Origin: an uncultured virus (IMG/VR IMGVR_UViG_3300042290_000472)
Taxonomy: Duplodnaviria; Heunggongvirae; Uroviricota; Caudoviricetes
Strand: one strand, 5' to 3'
Length of the DNA stretch: 64,000 bases
Virus record (IMG/VR): IMGVR_UViG_3300042290_000472
Below are positions 29,750 to 38,746 of this stretch, piece after piece. Both the position numbers and the translations under genes were made by a program. The notes below the pieces were generated by a model, which was not told where the DNA came from, ran no database searches, and saw only the letters and a list, made by a program, of their open reading frames with translations. Numbering within the stretch: position 1 is the first letter of the stretch; each line of letters starts with the position of its first letter.

Positions 29750-32700
29750 TCAGTTTCCTTTTAATGCGGCGACGTCCGCCTTGAGCTGGTCGATGATAAC
29801 TTGCTGCTCTTGAATGGCTTTAGCCAAAATGGCCAGCAAGTTCTGGTCGTTGAAGTACAACTTCTCTGGAGTCCCCGCGTCAATGACCACCGGGTTGTCC
29901 CCTTCAAGCTCAAGGATGTCCTGCGCTTTGAAACCGTACCGCAGCGGGCCGTGGCCTTCGGTTGCATCACGCGACTCTTTGAAGCGGTATGCAGTGGGCT
30001 TGAGTTTTGTTACAAAATCCAAGCCGTGCGGAACCGGGGCAAAGTCCGTTTTGTCTCGGGCATCTGACACTACAGTCCACGCAACCTGCACGTAGGCGTT
30101 TGTAATCGCCCCCGTACCCATGCTGATGTAGTTGCTTTGCGTCGTAATGTTAAATACTGGGTTGTTGCCCCCGGCAGCATTCAGACCGCCGATAGCTACG
30201 TTGCCAGAACCTGTAGACATGGAAAAGCCCGCATACTGGCCCAGACAGATGTTACGGTTGCCTGTCGTTATGCTGTACCCAGCGTACATGCCTAAAAGAA
30301 CGCCGCCTGCGGCGCTAGTCCCGCTGTACCCTGCTTGGAAGCCAACCGCCACGTTTTCGCCGTTAGACGGTGTCCCGGAGGGGGAAAGGTTGTACAGGGC
30401 GTCGTGCCCAATGGCTACGTTTGAACCTGACCCCACGCAAGTCCGCAAGGTGTTGTTCCCCATGGCTATGTTTCGGGACCCTGTAGTACAAGCAATCAAG
30501 GAGTCAGACCCCACGGCCGTGTTAAAACTGCCCGAGGAAATAAGCTGCCCTGCGCTCCGACCCACAGCTGTGTTTCCCGCACCGCTGGTGACCGCGCTCA
30601 AAACGCCGGAGCCGACAGCAGTGTTATTACTGCCGGACAAAGAAAAAGAGTTTAGTGTGGCGTTTCCCACGGCCACGTTGGTGAAGTTAACTGGTTGCCA
30701 AAGCCACGTACTTCCAACAATGATTTTTGTCCCGTCCCAAAGCAAGTTGGACGAAGCGCCAAACGTGCCGCCGTTGTTAAACTGAATTTGTTGGCTGCTG
30801 CCCGCAGGTGTCGTAGTAGGCGCTGCTACCCACGATGGCGCTGCAGCGCCGTTGGAGCGCAAAAACTGGCCAGAAGAACCTGCTGCCAACTGTACGGTTG
30901 TGCCCGCAGCCGATTGGTACGGGATTGTGCCCGCGCTGCCGCCAGCCAAGTTTGTTGCGGTGGTCGCAGTGCTTGCAAGCAGCGATGTGAGGGTGGGGCC
31001 AGCAAGCACCGTTCCGTAACTGCTGTTGTTTAGCTGCGCAACCCAGCCTGATTGCCAATTGCTGGCCGCATAGTTTGAGTAGCCCGCCTGCACGTCTGTG
31101 ACAGAGACAACCGGGAAATTCCAATAGTCACCGATGTTTCCGATAAAGAAAGAGTGTCGAGTACCATCCCAACCCCACCGCGTATTTAACGCTGCGCGGC
31201 TGCCTGTCAGCATGTATGCAAACTGGTTTGCAATACCGCCACCGTAGATGTACGCCCCGCAACGAATGTCAAACGACTGTCCGTCATATGTCCAGACGGT
31301 GATGGTCATCCGAAACATTGAATTGGTGGCCGCTGCAGGCAACTGGATTTGAATTGCGCCGTTACCGCCGCTGGTGTAAAAAGCCGCTCCCCCGGGACTG
31401 ACCACTCGCAATGAAGCATTACCGCCAGAGACATCTGTCAAGGCTCGCGTGGTGTTTATGCTCCCTGTCTGAAAGTCGCCGTTGCTGTCACGCGCCACGA
31501 TTGCGTTGGTGGTGTTGGCGCTTGTCGCGTTGGATGTGACGGTGAACGTCGCATTCCCTGCTTGGTTGGCAGCGAAAGTCTGTGAACCCGACAGGCCAGT
31601 GCCCGACACGTTCATTGTAAGCGTGCCGTTGTTGACGTTGGCCGCTGTGGTGGCTGTCGATGCGTTGCCATTCAAGGCAGCAGTGATCGTGCCAGCACTG
31701 AAGTTACCCGAGCCATCCCGAGCAACAATCGCATTGGCGGTGTTTGTGTTTGTTGCGTTGCTGGTAACGGTGAACGTAGCGGCAGCGGACTGGTTGGCCG
31801 TGAAAGTCTGCGAACCTGACAGGCCCGTGCCCGACACGTTCATTGTGAGCGTGCCGTTGTTGACGTTGGCCGCTGTGGTGGCTGTGGTGGCGTTGCCACT
31901 CAAAGCCGCAGTAATCACGTTTGCACTAAAGTTGCCGGAGGCATCCCGAGCAACGATGGTCGAAGCGGTGTTTGTGTTTGTTGCGTTTGTGGCCAGCGTG
32001 ACTGCGCCGGAGCCGTTGTAACTCGTGCCGGTCAGGTAGGTGCCGAACGTCAGGGTGTTCAAGTTGCTGCCCAAGGCCACGCCCGAGATCGTGCCAGCAC
32101 TCCATGTGAACGCAGAGCCGTTCCAATTCAAGACTTGGTTGGAGGCTGTTGGGGCGGTGATGAAAGCCGAGATGCCCGCGCTGGTCTGGTACGCGATCCG
32201 GTTGGCCGCGCCACCTGCAAGGTTGGTCGCTGTGGTCGCGCTCGTTGCTGCGCCAGACAAAGTGGCCGTGATGGTCCCTGCGCTGAAGTTGCCCGAGGCG
32301 TCACGCGCTACAACCTTGGATGCTGTATTGGCGTCCGTGGCATCCACGGCAAAGGTGCGAGCTGCAGAGCCATCAAACGTGCCGCCAGAGGTCAGGAAGC
32401 TCCCAGCCGTCAGTGCGTTGGCCACCGAGCCAGCTTGGCCAGAGATGTTGCCCGAGACCGCTGCGCCCGAGATGGCGATAGCCGTGGGCGTGACACCTGT
32501 GACTTGGCCCTGTGCGTTGGTGGTGATCACCGGGACAGAGGACGCGGAGCCGTACGTGCCCGCAGTGCCGATGTTGTCGATGTTGAACGTGTAGGAAGGT
32601 GACTCGCTCAGGCCCGTGCCTGCCGTATAGGTGATCGGCGCAGAGAACTGCTGGAACACAATCGCGGTTGTGCCGATGGTGATCGGAGGTGGTGTCTGCT

Positions 32701-33523
32701 GTACCCAAGCAGTGTTGACGTTGGCCGTGCCGCTGGTCACCAAGAAGAAGTCACCCTCGTCAATCTGGTCAACCCCGGTTCCAACAGAATCCATGTCTGT
32801 TGAGCGGGTCAGGATGTATGGCGTTCCAGCAGAACCGACCTGCGTGACAACGTAGACGCCGTTATTGGCTCCGGCCACTTCGTTCTTGACCAGTATCCGT
32901 TCTGCAACAATAGTCAGGGTCGAGTCTACCGACAGAGCGCCGTTGGTATTGCCTGTGAGCGTTGCCCCAACTCCGGCTGTGCCGTTGTTGTACGTGTTTG
33001 CTGGCAGAGCGGCCGTGGTGGCCAAGGCCACCGCTTCATGGAAGTGAATGCCCGATGCAATGGCGTCAGCGTATTCTTTGTTGACAATGTCCGTGTTGTT
33101 GACCGGGGCCGTGGCGACAGTGCCCGCCGTGATGTTGGCCGTAGTGATGTTGGCCGTGCTGGTGCCCAGAGTCCCGATGTCCAGCGTTGTGACGGCAGAG
33201 CCCGCTGCGTCCAGATACACCGCACGCGACGATGGGTATGTGACAAACACGTCCTTGGAGCCAGCGCCAAAGTTCACCAGCGAGCCAGCATTGCTGGACG
33301 ACACCACCGTGGTCCGGGACAGGGTTGTGCCCGAGGCTGTATAGGTTCCAACACCTACCTCCCAATCGCCAGATGTTGCGTCCGCGATGGCGTAGAAGGT
33401 CTGGTTGCCATCACCAACAGCAGCAAACGACTGGAACCCTGCGGCTGCGCCAGCCAACGTCACCGTGCCAGTGCCCGTTGTTGTGGTCGTTTCCTTGACG
33501 CGATCTTTGAGTACCAGTGCCAT
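29750..33523 (-). CDS. long tail fibre with C-terminal intramolecular chaperone (peptidase S74-like)
   Basis: 1257 aa, Thr/Gly/Ala/Asn-rich; N-terminal DRVKETTTTTGTG; NTAVG repeats; SDARDK chaperone. Confidence 0.88.
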   Translation of the reverse strand: MALVLKDRVKETTTTTGTGTVTLAGAAAGFQSFAAVGDGNQTFYAIADATSGDWEVGVGTYTASGTTLSRTTVVSSSNAGSLVNFGAGSKDVFVTYPSSRAVYLDAAGSAVTTLDIGTLGTSTANITTANITAGTVATAPVNNTDIVNKEYADAIASGIHFHEAVALATTAALPANTYNNGTAGVGATLTGNTNGALSVDSTLTIVAERILVKNEVAGANNGVYVVTQVGSAGTPYILTRSTDMDSVGTGVDQIDEGDFFLVTSGTANVNTAWVQQTPPPITIGTTAIVFQQFSAPITYTAGTGLSESPSYTFNIDNIGTAGTYGSASSVPVITTNAQGQVTGVTPTAIAISGAAVSGNISGQAGSVANALTAGSFLTSGGTFDGSAARTFAVDATDANTASKVVARDASGNFSAGTITATLSGAATSATTATNLAGGAANRIAYQTSAGISAFITAPTASNQVLNWNGSAFTWSAGTISGVALGSNLNTLTFGTYLTGTSYNGSGAVTLATNATNTNTASTIVARDASGNFSANVITAALSGNATTATTAANVNNGTLTMNVSGTGLSGSQTFTANQSAAATFTVTSNATNTNTANAIVARDGSGNFSAGTITAALNGNASTATTAANVNNGTLTMNVSGTGLSGSQTFAANQAGNATFTVTSNATSANTTNAIVARDSNGDFQTGSINTTRALTDVSGGNASLRVVSPGGAAFYTSGGNGAIQIQLPAAATNSMFRMTITVWTYDGQSFDIRCGAYIYGGGIANQFAYMLTGSRAALNTRWGWDGTRHSFFIGNIGDYWNFPVVSVTDVQAGYSNYAASNWQSGWVAQLNNSSYGTVLAGPTLTSLLASTATTATNLAGGSAGTIPYQSAAGTTVQLAAGSSGQFLRSNGAAAPSWVAAPTTTPAGSSQQIQFNNGGTFGASSNLLWDGTKIIVGSTWLWQPVNFTNVAVGNATLNSFSLSGSNNTAVGSGVLSAVTSGAGNTAVGRSAGQLISSGSFNTAVGSDSLIACTTGSRNIAMGNNTLRTCVGSGSNVAIGHDALYNLSPSGTPSNGENVAVGFQAGYSGTSAAGGVLLGMYAGYSITTGNRNICLGQYAGFSMSTGSGNVAIGGLNAAGGNNPVFNITTQSNYISMGTGAITNAYVQVAWTVVSDARDKTDFAPVPHGLDFVTKLKPTAYRFKESRDATEGHGPLRYGFKAQDILELEGDNPVVIDAGTPEKLYFNDQNLLAILAKAIQEQQVIIDQLKADVAALKGN
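31482..31990 (-). repeat. tandem 228-bp (76-aa) repeat within the tail fibre
   Basis: NVNNGTLTMNVSGTGLSGSQTF occurs twice, 228 nt apart (e.g. 31601 and 31829); VARDxxG(N/D)F recurs four times in the protein. Confidence 0.9.
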
Positions 33524-33532
33524 TTTGAGTCC

Positions 33533-34492
33533 TTACGACGGTAGTTGAGTCCAGCCGGGAGACTGAGCGTCGTTGACCTCAGTCCATCCACTACCTTGGG
33601 TGTTTACAATATTTTGCCAATCGGGGTTCTGCGTGTCATCAATGACCGCCCAAACCAAAGCCCCGCCAATCGAGATGAACAGCTGCACACCTGTCACCGA
33701 GACGTTGGCGACACGCAGCACGGAAAGTAGGTCTGCCGCAGACGCGGCTTCTGAAATAACCCCGATGGCCTGCACTTGCGCAGCCGCTGAATCAAGCGCC
33801 GCAGCAGCCTCCGCAACAGCCGCTATAAGGGCCCGAGATGCGTTTGACTGGTCGAGCGCTGTCACCAGCTCTGCAACTGAAGCAAAAGTGGCGGAGGTGG
33901 CTGTGAACGTGCTGTTGACCTGCGCAGCTTCTGTAATTGCTGCAACTGCCGCCGCTTGGCTTGAGAACACCGCTGCCGCGTTGGCCTGCTCTGCCAACGC
34001 CGCCAAAAAGCTACCGGCCGCAGTAGAGGCGTCAGTAGCCGTTGCCCCTTCGGCAACTAGCGCGGCGAAAAAGTTGTTCGCGGAAAACTCTTCAGAAAAA
34101 ACAACTGCCGATTCGCTGATAGACGCAATTGCCGCCGCCAAAGCAGAGACCACATCGCTGGTGGAGGCACCTTCAGCAACTGCAGCAAACACCGCCGACA
34201 AGGCTGCTGGAGCATCAAGCGCTGCTGCCAACTCCGAAACGGTTGCAACCGTGTCAGTCCGGGCTGCCACTGTCTCAGAACTCGTAGCGGTTTCGCTTTG
34301 TGTTGCCAACAGCGCGGCAATGACTGCCTGCGTTTCTGCGGCAGCCGCTGCCTCAAATGCAAGACCGCCGCGAGTGCTGACCGTGCTTACCAAATCTGTG
34401 GCTGCTGCGGTGTCTGCCAAAGAAGCGAACACCGCCCTGCCCCCTAAAGAAGCAAAAGGTGCTTGGGCAAACGTGACATCACCAAACACCAC
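33533..34492 (-). CDS. Ala-rich virion protein
   Basis: 319 aa with periodic Ala/Glu repeats; N-terminal FAQAPFASLG; C-terminal W-rich repeats. Confidence 0.7.
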   Translation of the reverse strand: MVFGDVTFAQAPFASLGGRAVFASLADTAAATDLVSTVSTRGGLAFEAAAAAETQAVIAALLATQSETATSSETVAARTDTVATVSELAAALDAPAALSAVFAAVAEGASTSDVVSALAAAIASISESAVVFSEEFSANNFFAALVAEGATATDASTAAGSFLAALAEQANAAAVFSSQAAAVAAITEAAQVNSTFTATSATFASVAELVTALDQSNASRALIAAVAEAAAALDSAAAQVQAIGVISEAASAADLLSVLRVANVSVTGVQLFISIGGALVWAVIDDTQNPDWQNIVNTQGSGWTEVNDAQSPGWTQLPS

Positions 34493-34501
34493 GCTACCTT
34501 A

Positions 34502-35077
34502 TCAGGCTGCGTCAAGCGAGAACTGGTACGTTACGCTCAGAGTGTCACCGCTGTCCACGATCTTGTCGCCGCCGGTAAAGTCGCCAGCAGAAAACAAAAT
34601 GCCAGAAGTGCCCGAGTTGACGCTGCATAGGAACGCGCCTGCAATAGTTTGCGCGCTGGCGTTCATGGTAAACACCGAAGGTGCTGCAGAGTTGCTGATC
34701 ACCGATGGGTCAGCAGTCGTGGCCGTGCCAAACGTGACAGCCTTGCGGTTGCCTGTGTAGTTGGTGTTTTCTGTCCAGCCTGCGTGCGAGGCCAGCGTAT
34801 CAGCAGCGGCGAAGGTTGTGCCGGAGCCGGGGCCTGTTACGAGCCCCAAGAACCAAGCGGCCGTGTAGCCAGAGCCAGCAAAGTACTTGCTGTTCATGTC
34901 CTGTAGGCCTTCGTTGACCACAAGGTTGTGGAAGGTGTCAGCCCACTTCAGGTTGCCCGAAGCGTCGCGGCACTCCACGGAGTAGACGCCCCCGGCACGA
35001 GCACTGTCGGCCCCGGTAGGACGCAAAATTGACGACGCGGTCAGGACGTCTTGGGCTTTGCTTTGTTCTGTACTCAT
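34502..35077 (-). CDS. virion structural protein
   Basis: 191 aa; HNLVVNEG and SGDTLSVTY; within tail operon. Confidence 0.7.
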   Translation of the reverse strand: MSTEQSKAQDVLTASSILRPTGADSARAGGVYSVECRDASGNLKWADTFHNLVVNEGLQDMNSKYFAGSGYTAAWFLGLVTGPGSGTTFAAADTLASHAGWTENTNYTGNRKAVTFGTATTADPSVISNSAAPSVFTMNASAQTIAGAFLCSVNSGTSGILFSAGDFTGGDKIVDSGDTLSVTYQFSLDAA

Positions 35078-35086
35078 GATATGTCC

Positions 35087-35533
35087 TTACGAGATGCGCA
35101 CAATGGCGCTGTTGGCATCGGCAGTTGGAAAAATGATTTGGAAGGTGTCGTTGCTCACGGTCTTGTCCGCGCCAAAGTCCAGAACAGCCACGGACTTATT
35201 GCCCTCGGTGCTGTTGTAGATCAAGGCTGCGCGCGCCGTAAAGGTGGCGCTGGTCCAAGAAGAGTTGGCGAAGCTGAAAAAGGCCGTTGGGGTGCCACTG
35301 CCGTTGTTGGCTGCCACCGGAGTTACCGTGATGACCAACGTGTTGCCGCCAGCCGTGTAGCCTGCGCCAACGACCTCGCCCGTCGTGGTGTACGCCGCAG
35401 TGGCGTAGCCAAGGTCGGCAGCCGCTGTGTACAGCGCGATCTTGAACGTATCGGGCGATGTGGGGCCAAAGTTGTGGATGCCTTGCGGCAGCTCGACCTT
35501 GAACGACGTGGTTGCGGTTTGAAGAATTGCCAT
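35087..35533 (-). CDS. virion structural protein
   Basis: 148 aa; DTFKIALYT, GYTAGG, VLDFGADKT. Confidence 0.7.
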   Translation of the reverse strand: MAILQTATTSFKVELPQGIHNFGPTSPDTFKIALYTAAADLGYATAAYTTTGEVVGAGYTAGGNTLVITVTPVAANNGSGTPTAFFSFANSSWTSATFTARAALIYNSTEGNKSVAVLDFGADKTVSNDTFQIIFPTADANSAIVRIS

Positions 35534-35534
35534 A

Positions 35535-36215
35535 TCAGGTCACCCCGTTGTTTTGAGGTAGGGGCGCTACGCGGAATTGGCCGCTTCTGTAAGCGTCCGA
35601 ACGCTCCAGCCCATCCCCCAGACGCTTGGCCAAACCAAGCGCTTCCTTGAACTTGCCGTCGTACAACGCCATCATGTCGGCCTCACCCTTCATGTACGTG
35701 TATGCCTCAACCAACGCGCCGTACAGCAGCACGCTGTCAAGGTTGTCACCCAGCCACGAAGTGCCCGCGTCAACAATTGACGGGGGGTAGAAGAAGTAGT
35801 GAAGCTCCACCACATACGTGGCGTTTGGTGTGGGGCCCAAGATAAACGTCAGCTCGTTGATGTCACTGGACTGCGGACCAAACAGCGCGTAGTACTTTGG
35901 GAACCCCACGCTAGATGGAACGGGGTACGCCTGTCGGATGAAGTTGACATCTTTGTTGAGCAGGTACTCGTACGCGCCCGTGGCGTTGTCCACAACCGCG
36001 ATCGAGTACACCGACAGGAAGTCAGCCGGGCACGCCAGATACTTGTTGGCGCTGGTGGTTGAGCCGGTCACGTTTTTGCGCAGCGAGGGGAACTGCACCA
36101 TGTTGAAGATGCGCTGCTCAGCCTGCTTCACAAACAACGGAACCTCCGCCTCAAAAGCGGTGTCTTGGTTGTCTGTGTAGGCGATGATTGCCGCCTTCAA
36201 CTGGGTGTAGTTCAT
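35535..36215 (-). CDS. head-tail adaptor-like protein
   Basis: MNYTQLKAAI..FVKQAEQRI..LLYGALVEAY pattern of phage adaptor proteins. Confidence 0.65.
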   Translation of the reverse strand: MNYTQLKAAIIAYTDNQDTAFEAEVPLFVKQAEQRIFNMVQFPSLRKNVTGSTTSANKYLACPADFLSVYSIAVVDNATGAYEYLLNKDVNFIRQAYPVPSSVGFPKYYALFGPQSSDINELTFILGPTPNATYVVELHYFFYPPSIVDAGTSWLGDNLDSVLLYGALVEAYTYMKGEADMMALYDGKFKEALGLAKRLGDGLERSDAYRSGQFRVAPLPQNNGVT

Positions 36216-36222
36216 TCAGTCC

Positions 36223-36423
36223 TCACGCCATGGGCCCACGGGCCATCGTGCCTTTGGTGGCTGCACCAGTGCCACGAATTTTGATACCGCTGGTTTTGAC
36301 ACCGGGGTACTCGTTACTGTGGTTACTGGCCACGGACACGTTGGTGTCTTGCATCGCTTTCACGGCCCCGGTCTTGGGCAGCACAGCGGGCTTGGCCGCT
36401 TTGGGTTGGTTGTACGTTGCCAT
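36223..36423 (-). CDS. small basic protein
   Basis: 66 aa, Lys-rich, RGTGAATKG motif. Confidence 0.65.
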   Translation of the reverse strand: MATYNQPKAAKPAVLPKTGAVKAMQDTNVSVASNHSNEYPGVKTSGIKIRGTGAATKGTMARGPMA

Positions 36424-36424
36424 A

Positions 36425-36589
36425 TCAGCCCCCCTTGCGGCCGGGAGACTTCTGGTTGGCCACTTTGGCCAAGTTGCGTCCCATCTTCAGCATGTCGCTG
36501 TTGGTCTTGCCACCAGCACGCAGCTTGGTGGGCTTTGCACCGGGGTGCAGGTTTGCTTCGTGCTTGCGCACTGCGGTTTTTGCGTCCAT
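36425..36589 (-). CDS. small basic protein (54 aa; not in ORF track)
   Basis: MDAKTAVRKHEANLHPGAKPTKLRAGGKTNSDMLKMGRNLAKVANQKSPGRKGG*; AGGAG RBS; fills the gap exactly. Confidence 0.65.
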   Translation of the reverse strand: MDAKTAVRKHEANLHPGAKPTKLRAGGKTNSDMLKMGRNLAKVANQKSPGRKGG

Positions 36590-36590
36590 G

Positions 36591-36983
36591 TCAGACTCCT
36601 ATCTGTACCGTTACTGTACCAACTTCCACACGCAACGCCAAATAGTTCGGCGTCAACTCGTTGTCAAAGAACCGGGACCCGCCAACCGGGTTCCAGCCCC
36701 ACTGAATATCGCGGCTGCCGCCGGTCAGGTTACCCGCCGCGTTCGGCCCGGCCGTCACGTACGTGGTGTCCCGGCGCGGGTTGCGCACTGCTTGCGGGTC
36801 GTCAACAGGGTACATGCCCAGCAACAACTGCGGGTGGTCCGGGTCCCAGCACGTGTCGCACACCATGAGGTTGTACCTCTTGGTCTTGATGACCTCTGTG
36901 CGCAGCGCGGTCAGCTTGAAGCGAAAGCCACAACGATCGCACTGGGCGATCGAGTTCTTGGCGCTGGCAAACCGATTACCCAT
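36591..36983 (-). CDS. hypothetical protein with CxxC pairs
   Basis: CDRCG...VCDTCWDPDHPQL. Confidence 0.7.
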   Translation of the reverse strand: MGNRFASAKNSIAQCDRCGFRFKLTALRTEVIKTKRYNLMVCDTCWDPDHPQLLLGMYPVDDPQAVRNPRRDTTYVTAGPNAAGNLTGGSRDIQWGWNPVGGSRFFDNELTPNYLALRVEVGTVTVQIGV

Positions 36984-37681
36984 TACGTCCCGCTCCCGAT
37001 GAACATCTGACGCGGCACGAACCGCACAGACGCCTTTTCACGATCCTCGTCGGAGGCCAGTTGCCAAGCCTCGTCGTACTGTTGCTTCAGGATACCCAGA
37101 CGTTCCGCACCCCCGGGCACCTTCAGGGCCAAGTAGTAGGCCAGTCCGGCCACCATGCAGGGCACAAACCGGAACGGCATGTCCATTGTGTTGACGCCGT
37201 TGCCCGCGTCTTGGATGCGCTTCATGCGCCAGTACACGAAGGTGTAGGGCTGCGAGTTGTCGGGGACTGGCCAGACGGTGATGCGTGGGGTGTTTAGGCG
37301 CTCAATCCAGACCTGAATGGGCCGGGCCTGCTGCAGCTTGTTGGGGATCGTGGCGTAGGTGGAGACGCTGATCCGGGTGATGGTCAGGTCCGCTTGCGTC
37401 GACGCGCTGCCCGCGCCCGTGCGGATCACATGCTCCAGTAGGTCCACAGTATCAGCCGGAAGGTTGTACGTCGCCGTGCCTGCCACCAACGGGATGGAGC
37501 CTTGCTCGAACGTCCACATGTTGACGCCACGGTTGGCCCAGTCGGCAAACATCAGGTTCAAGGACCGGCGGGCGGTCTTCAGGTCGTAACCCGTGCGCAT
37601 CTCCGAACCCACGCGCTCGAACGCCTCCTCGACGATTTCCGTCAAGTCGAGGTTGAATGCAGAGGTGCCGGAAGTTGTCAT
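36983..37681 (-). CDS. head-tail connector / tail tubular A-like protein
   Basis: 232 aa; TARRSLNLMFADWANRG, LAYYLALK; located downstream of the capsid genes. Confidence 0.65.
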   Translation of the reverse strand: MTTSGTSAFNLDLTEIVEEAFERVGSEMRTGYDLKTARRSLNLMFADWANRGVNMWTFEQGSIPLVAGTATYNLPADTVDLLEHVIRTGAGSASTQADLTITRISVSTYATIPNKLQQARPIQVWIERLNTPRITVWPVPDNSQPYTFVYWRMKRIQDAGNGVNTMDMPFRFVPCMVAGLAYYLALKVPGGAERLGILKQQYDEAWQLASDEDREKASVRFVPRQMFIGSGT

Positions 37682-37911
37682 CTGAAGCTCGCTGTCTTTT
37701 TGGCGATGGTCTTGGGCTGAGCCACAAACTGTTTGCCCGCCGCCTTGCCAGCGCGTTTGGCTTTTGTGGTGGCCGCATACTCTGCGGGGCTGAGCGATTT
37801 TATCGCCTTCTCCGGCAGATAGCGCTCCCCCGTTTTAGACGACGGTTTGCCGCTCTTGGTGCGCCACTTCTGGTCGCCCCAGTCTTTGAGGGATTGCTGG
37901 GGCGCTTTCAC
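37678..37911 (-). CDS. small basic protein, C-terminal half of DUF5872-like family
   Basis: QQSLKDWGDQKWRTKSG..ERYLPEKA..GKQFVAQP. Confidence 0.6.
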   Translation of the reverse strand: MKAPQQSLKDWGDQKWRTKSGKPSSKTGERYLPEKAIKSLSPAEYAATTKAKRAGKAAGKQFVAQPKTIAKKTASFR

Positions 37912-37912
37912 A

Positions 37913-38188
37913 TCAGTCCTTGTACCCGCCGCCAGCGGCCTTGTACTTCTTGGCCACGAGCTGGGCCTTGCGGGCTGACCACTGGCCTGCCCCGGTGCCC
38001 TGCGTTGCCGCAGCTTTGACTTGGCTCACGATACGCTTGCGCATACCGGGCTTGGTGTAGTTGCCAGCCGCGTTGACTTTGCCGCCTTCAGCGTACTGCG
38101 TGAAGTCGGTGTCATCCCGGCGGGCTTTACGCACGCCTTTGGGCATCTTGGAAGGGAGCACTGCCCCCATGCCGCGACTGGCCATCAT
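37913..38188 (-). CDS. small basic protein, N-terminal half of DUF5872-like family
   Basis: Start MMASRGMG at 38188; NYTKPGMRKRI..GQWSARKAQLVAKKYKAAGGGY. Confidence 0.6.
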   Translation of the reverse strand: MMASRGMGAVLPSKMPKGVRKARRDDTDFTQYAEGGKVNAAGNYTKPGMRKRIVSQVKAAATQGTGAGQWSARKAQLVAKKYKAAGGGYKD

Positions 38189-38189
38189 G

Positions 38190-38516
38190 TCAGCACTTGC
38201 CGCCGTTGGCCATGGTGATTTGCTTGCCCTTGGTGTGGCCCTTGGACACAACACCGTCTGCACGCGTGACGCCACCTTTGGCCATTTTTTTCATCGGCAT
38301 GTCCGCTTTAGCGCCTGCTTTTTTCTTCTCGATCATTGCTTTGAAAGCTGGGTTCATTTTCGTTGCCATATCGCCACCTTTTGAAAATTTGCGGCCCTTG
38401 TCCGCGTTGGAGAACTCTTTGCCCACGGATTGTGGGACGCCTGCTTTCTTGGCAAACTCCGGGCTGTGCGCTACCGCACGCATGAAGTCCGCTTGCTTTT
38501 TACTGCTGGACGGCAT
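38190..38516 (-). CDS. small Lys-rich protein
   Basis: Start MPSSSKKQ at 38516; three xxxGG motifs (FSKGG, MAKGG, MANGG). Confidence 0.65.
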   Translation of the reverse strand: MPSSSKKQADFMRAVAHSPEFAKKAGVPQSVGKEFSNADKGRKFSKGGDMATKMNPAFKAMIEKKKAGAKADMPMKKMAKGGVTRADGVVSKGHTKGKQITMANGGKC

Positions 38517-38745
38517 TGCTGCCTCGCAGGTTGTCAATTTTGCGCTCCAGCCGGTCAAACCGGTCGAGCAACTGCTGCATGTCGGCCCGGAACTCCGAGC
38601 GTGTGATGTGATCCCGAGCCACTTCTTCGCGGGTGCGGTTGAGCAGAATGCCAAGACGATTGATCTCGGCAAACTTCTCCTTCAAAACGAACCCCAGCAT
38701 GGCCACAATGGCGGTGAGCACGAGGTTCCAGACCATCATCTCCAT
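38500..38745 (-). CDS. single-TM coiled-coil protein
   Basis: N-terminal hydrophobic helix followed by amphipathic coiled coil. Confidence 0.7.
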   Translation of the reverse strand: MEMMVWNLVLTAIVAMLGFVLKEKFAEINRLGILLNRTREEVARDHITRSEFRADMQQLLDRFDRLERKIDNLRGSNAVQQ

Positions 38746-38746
38746 G

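Noticed and set aside
28258..30200. Duplicated tail-fibre ends as a diversity-generating retroelement TR/VR pair
   Set aside because: Both copies are coding, differences are mainly synonymous rather than adenine-specific, and no reverse transcriptase is present
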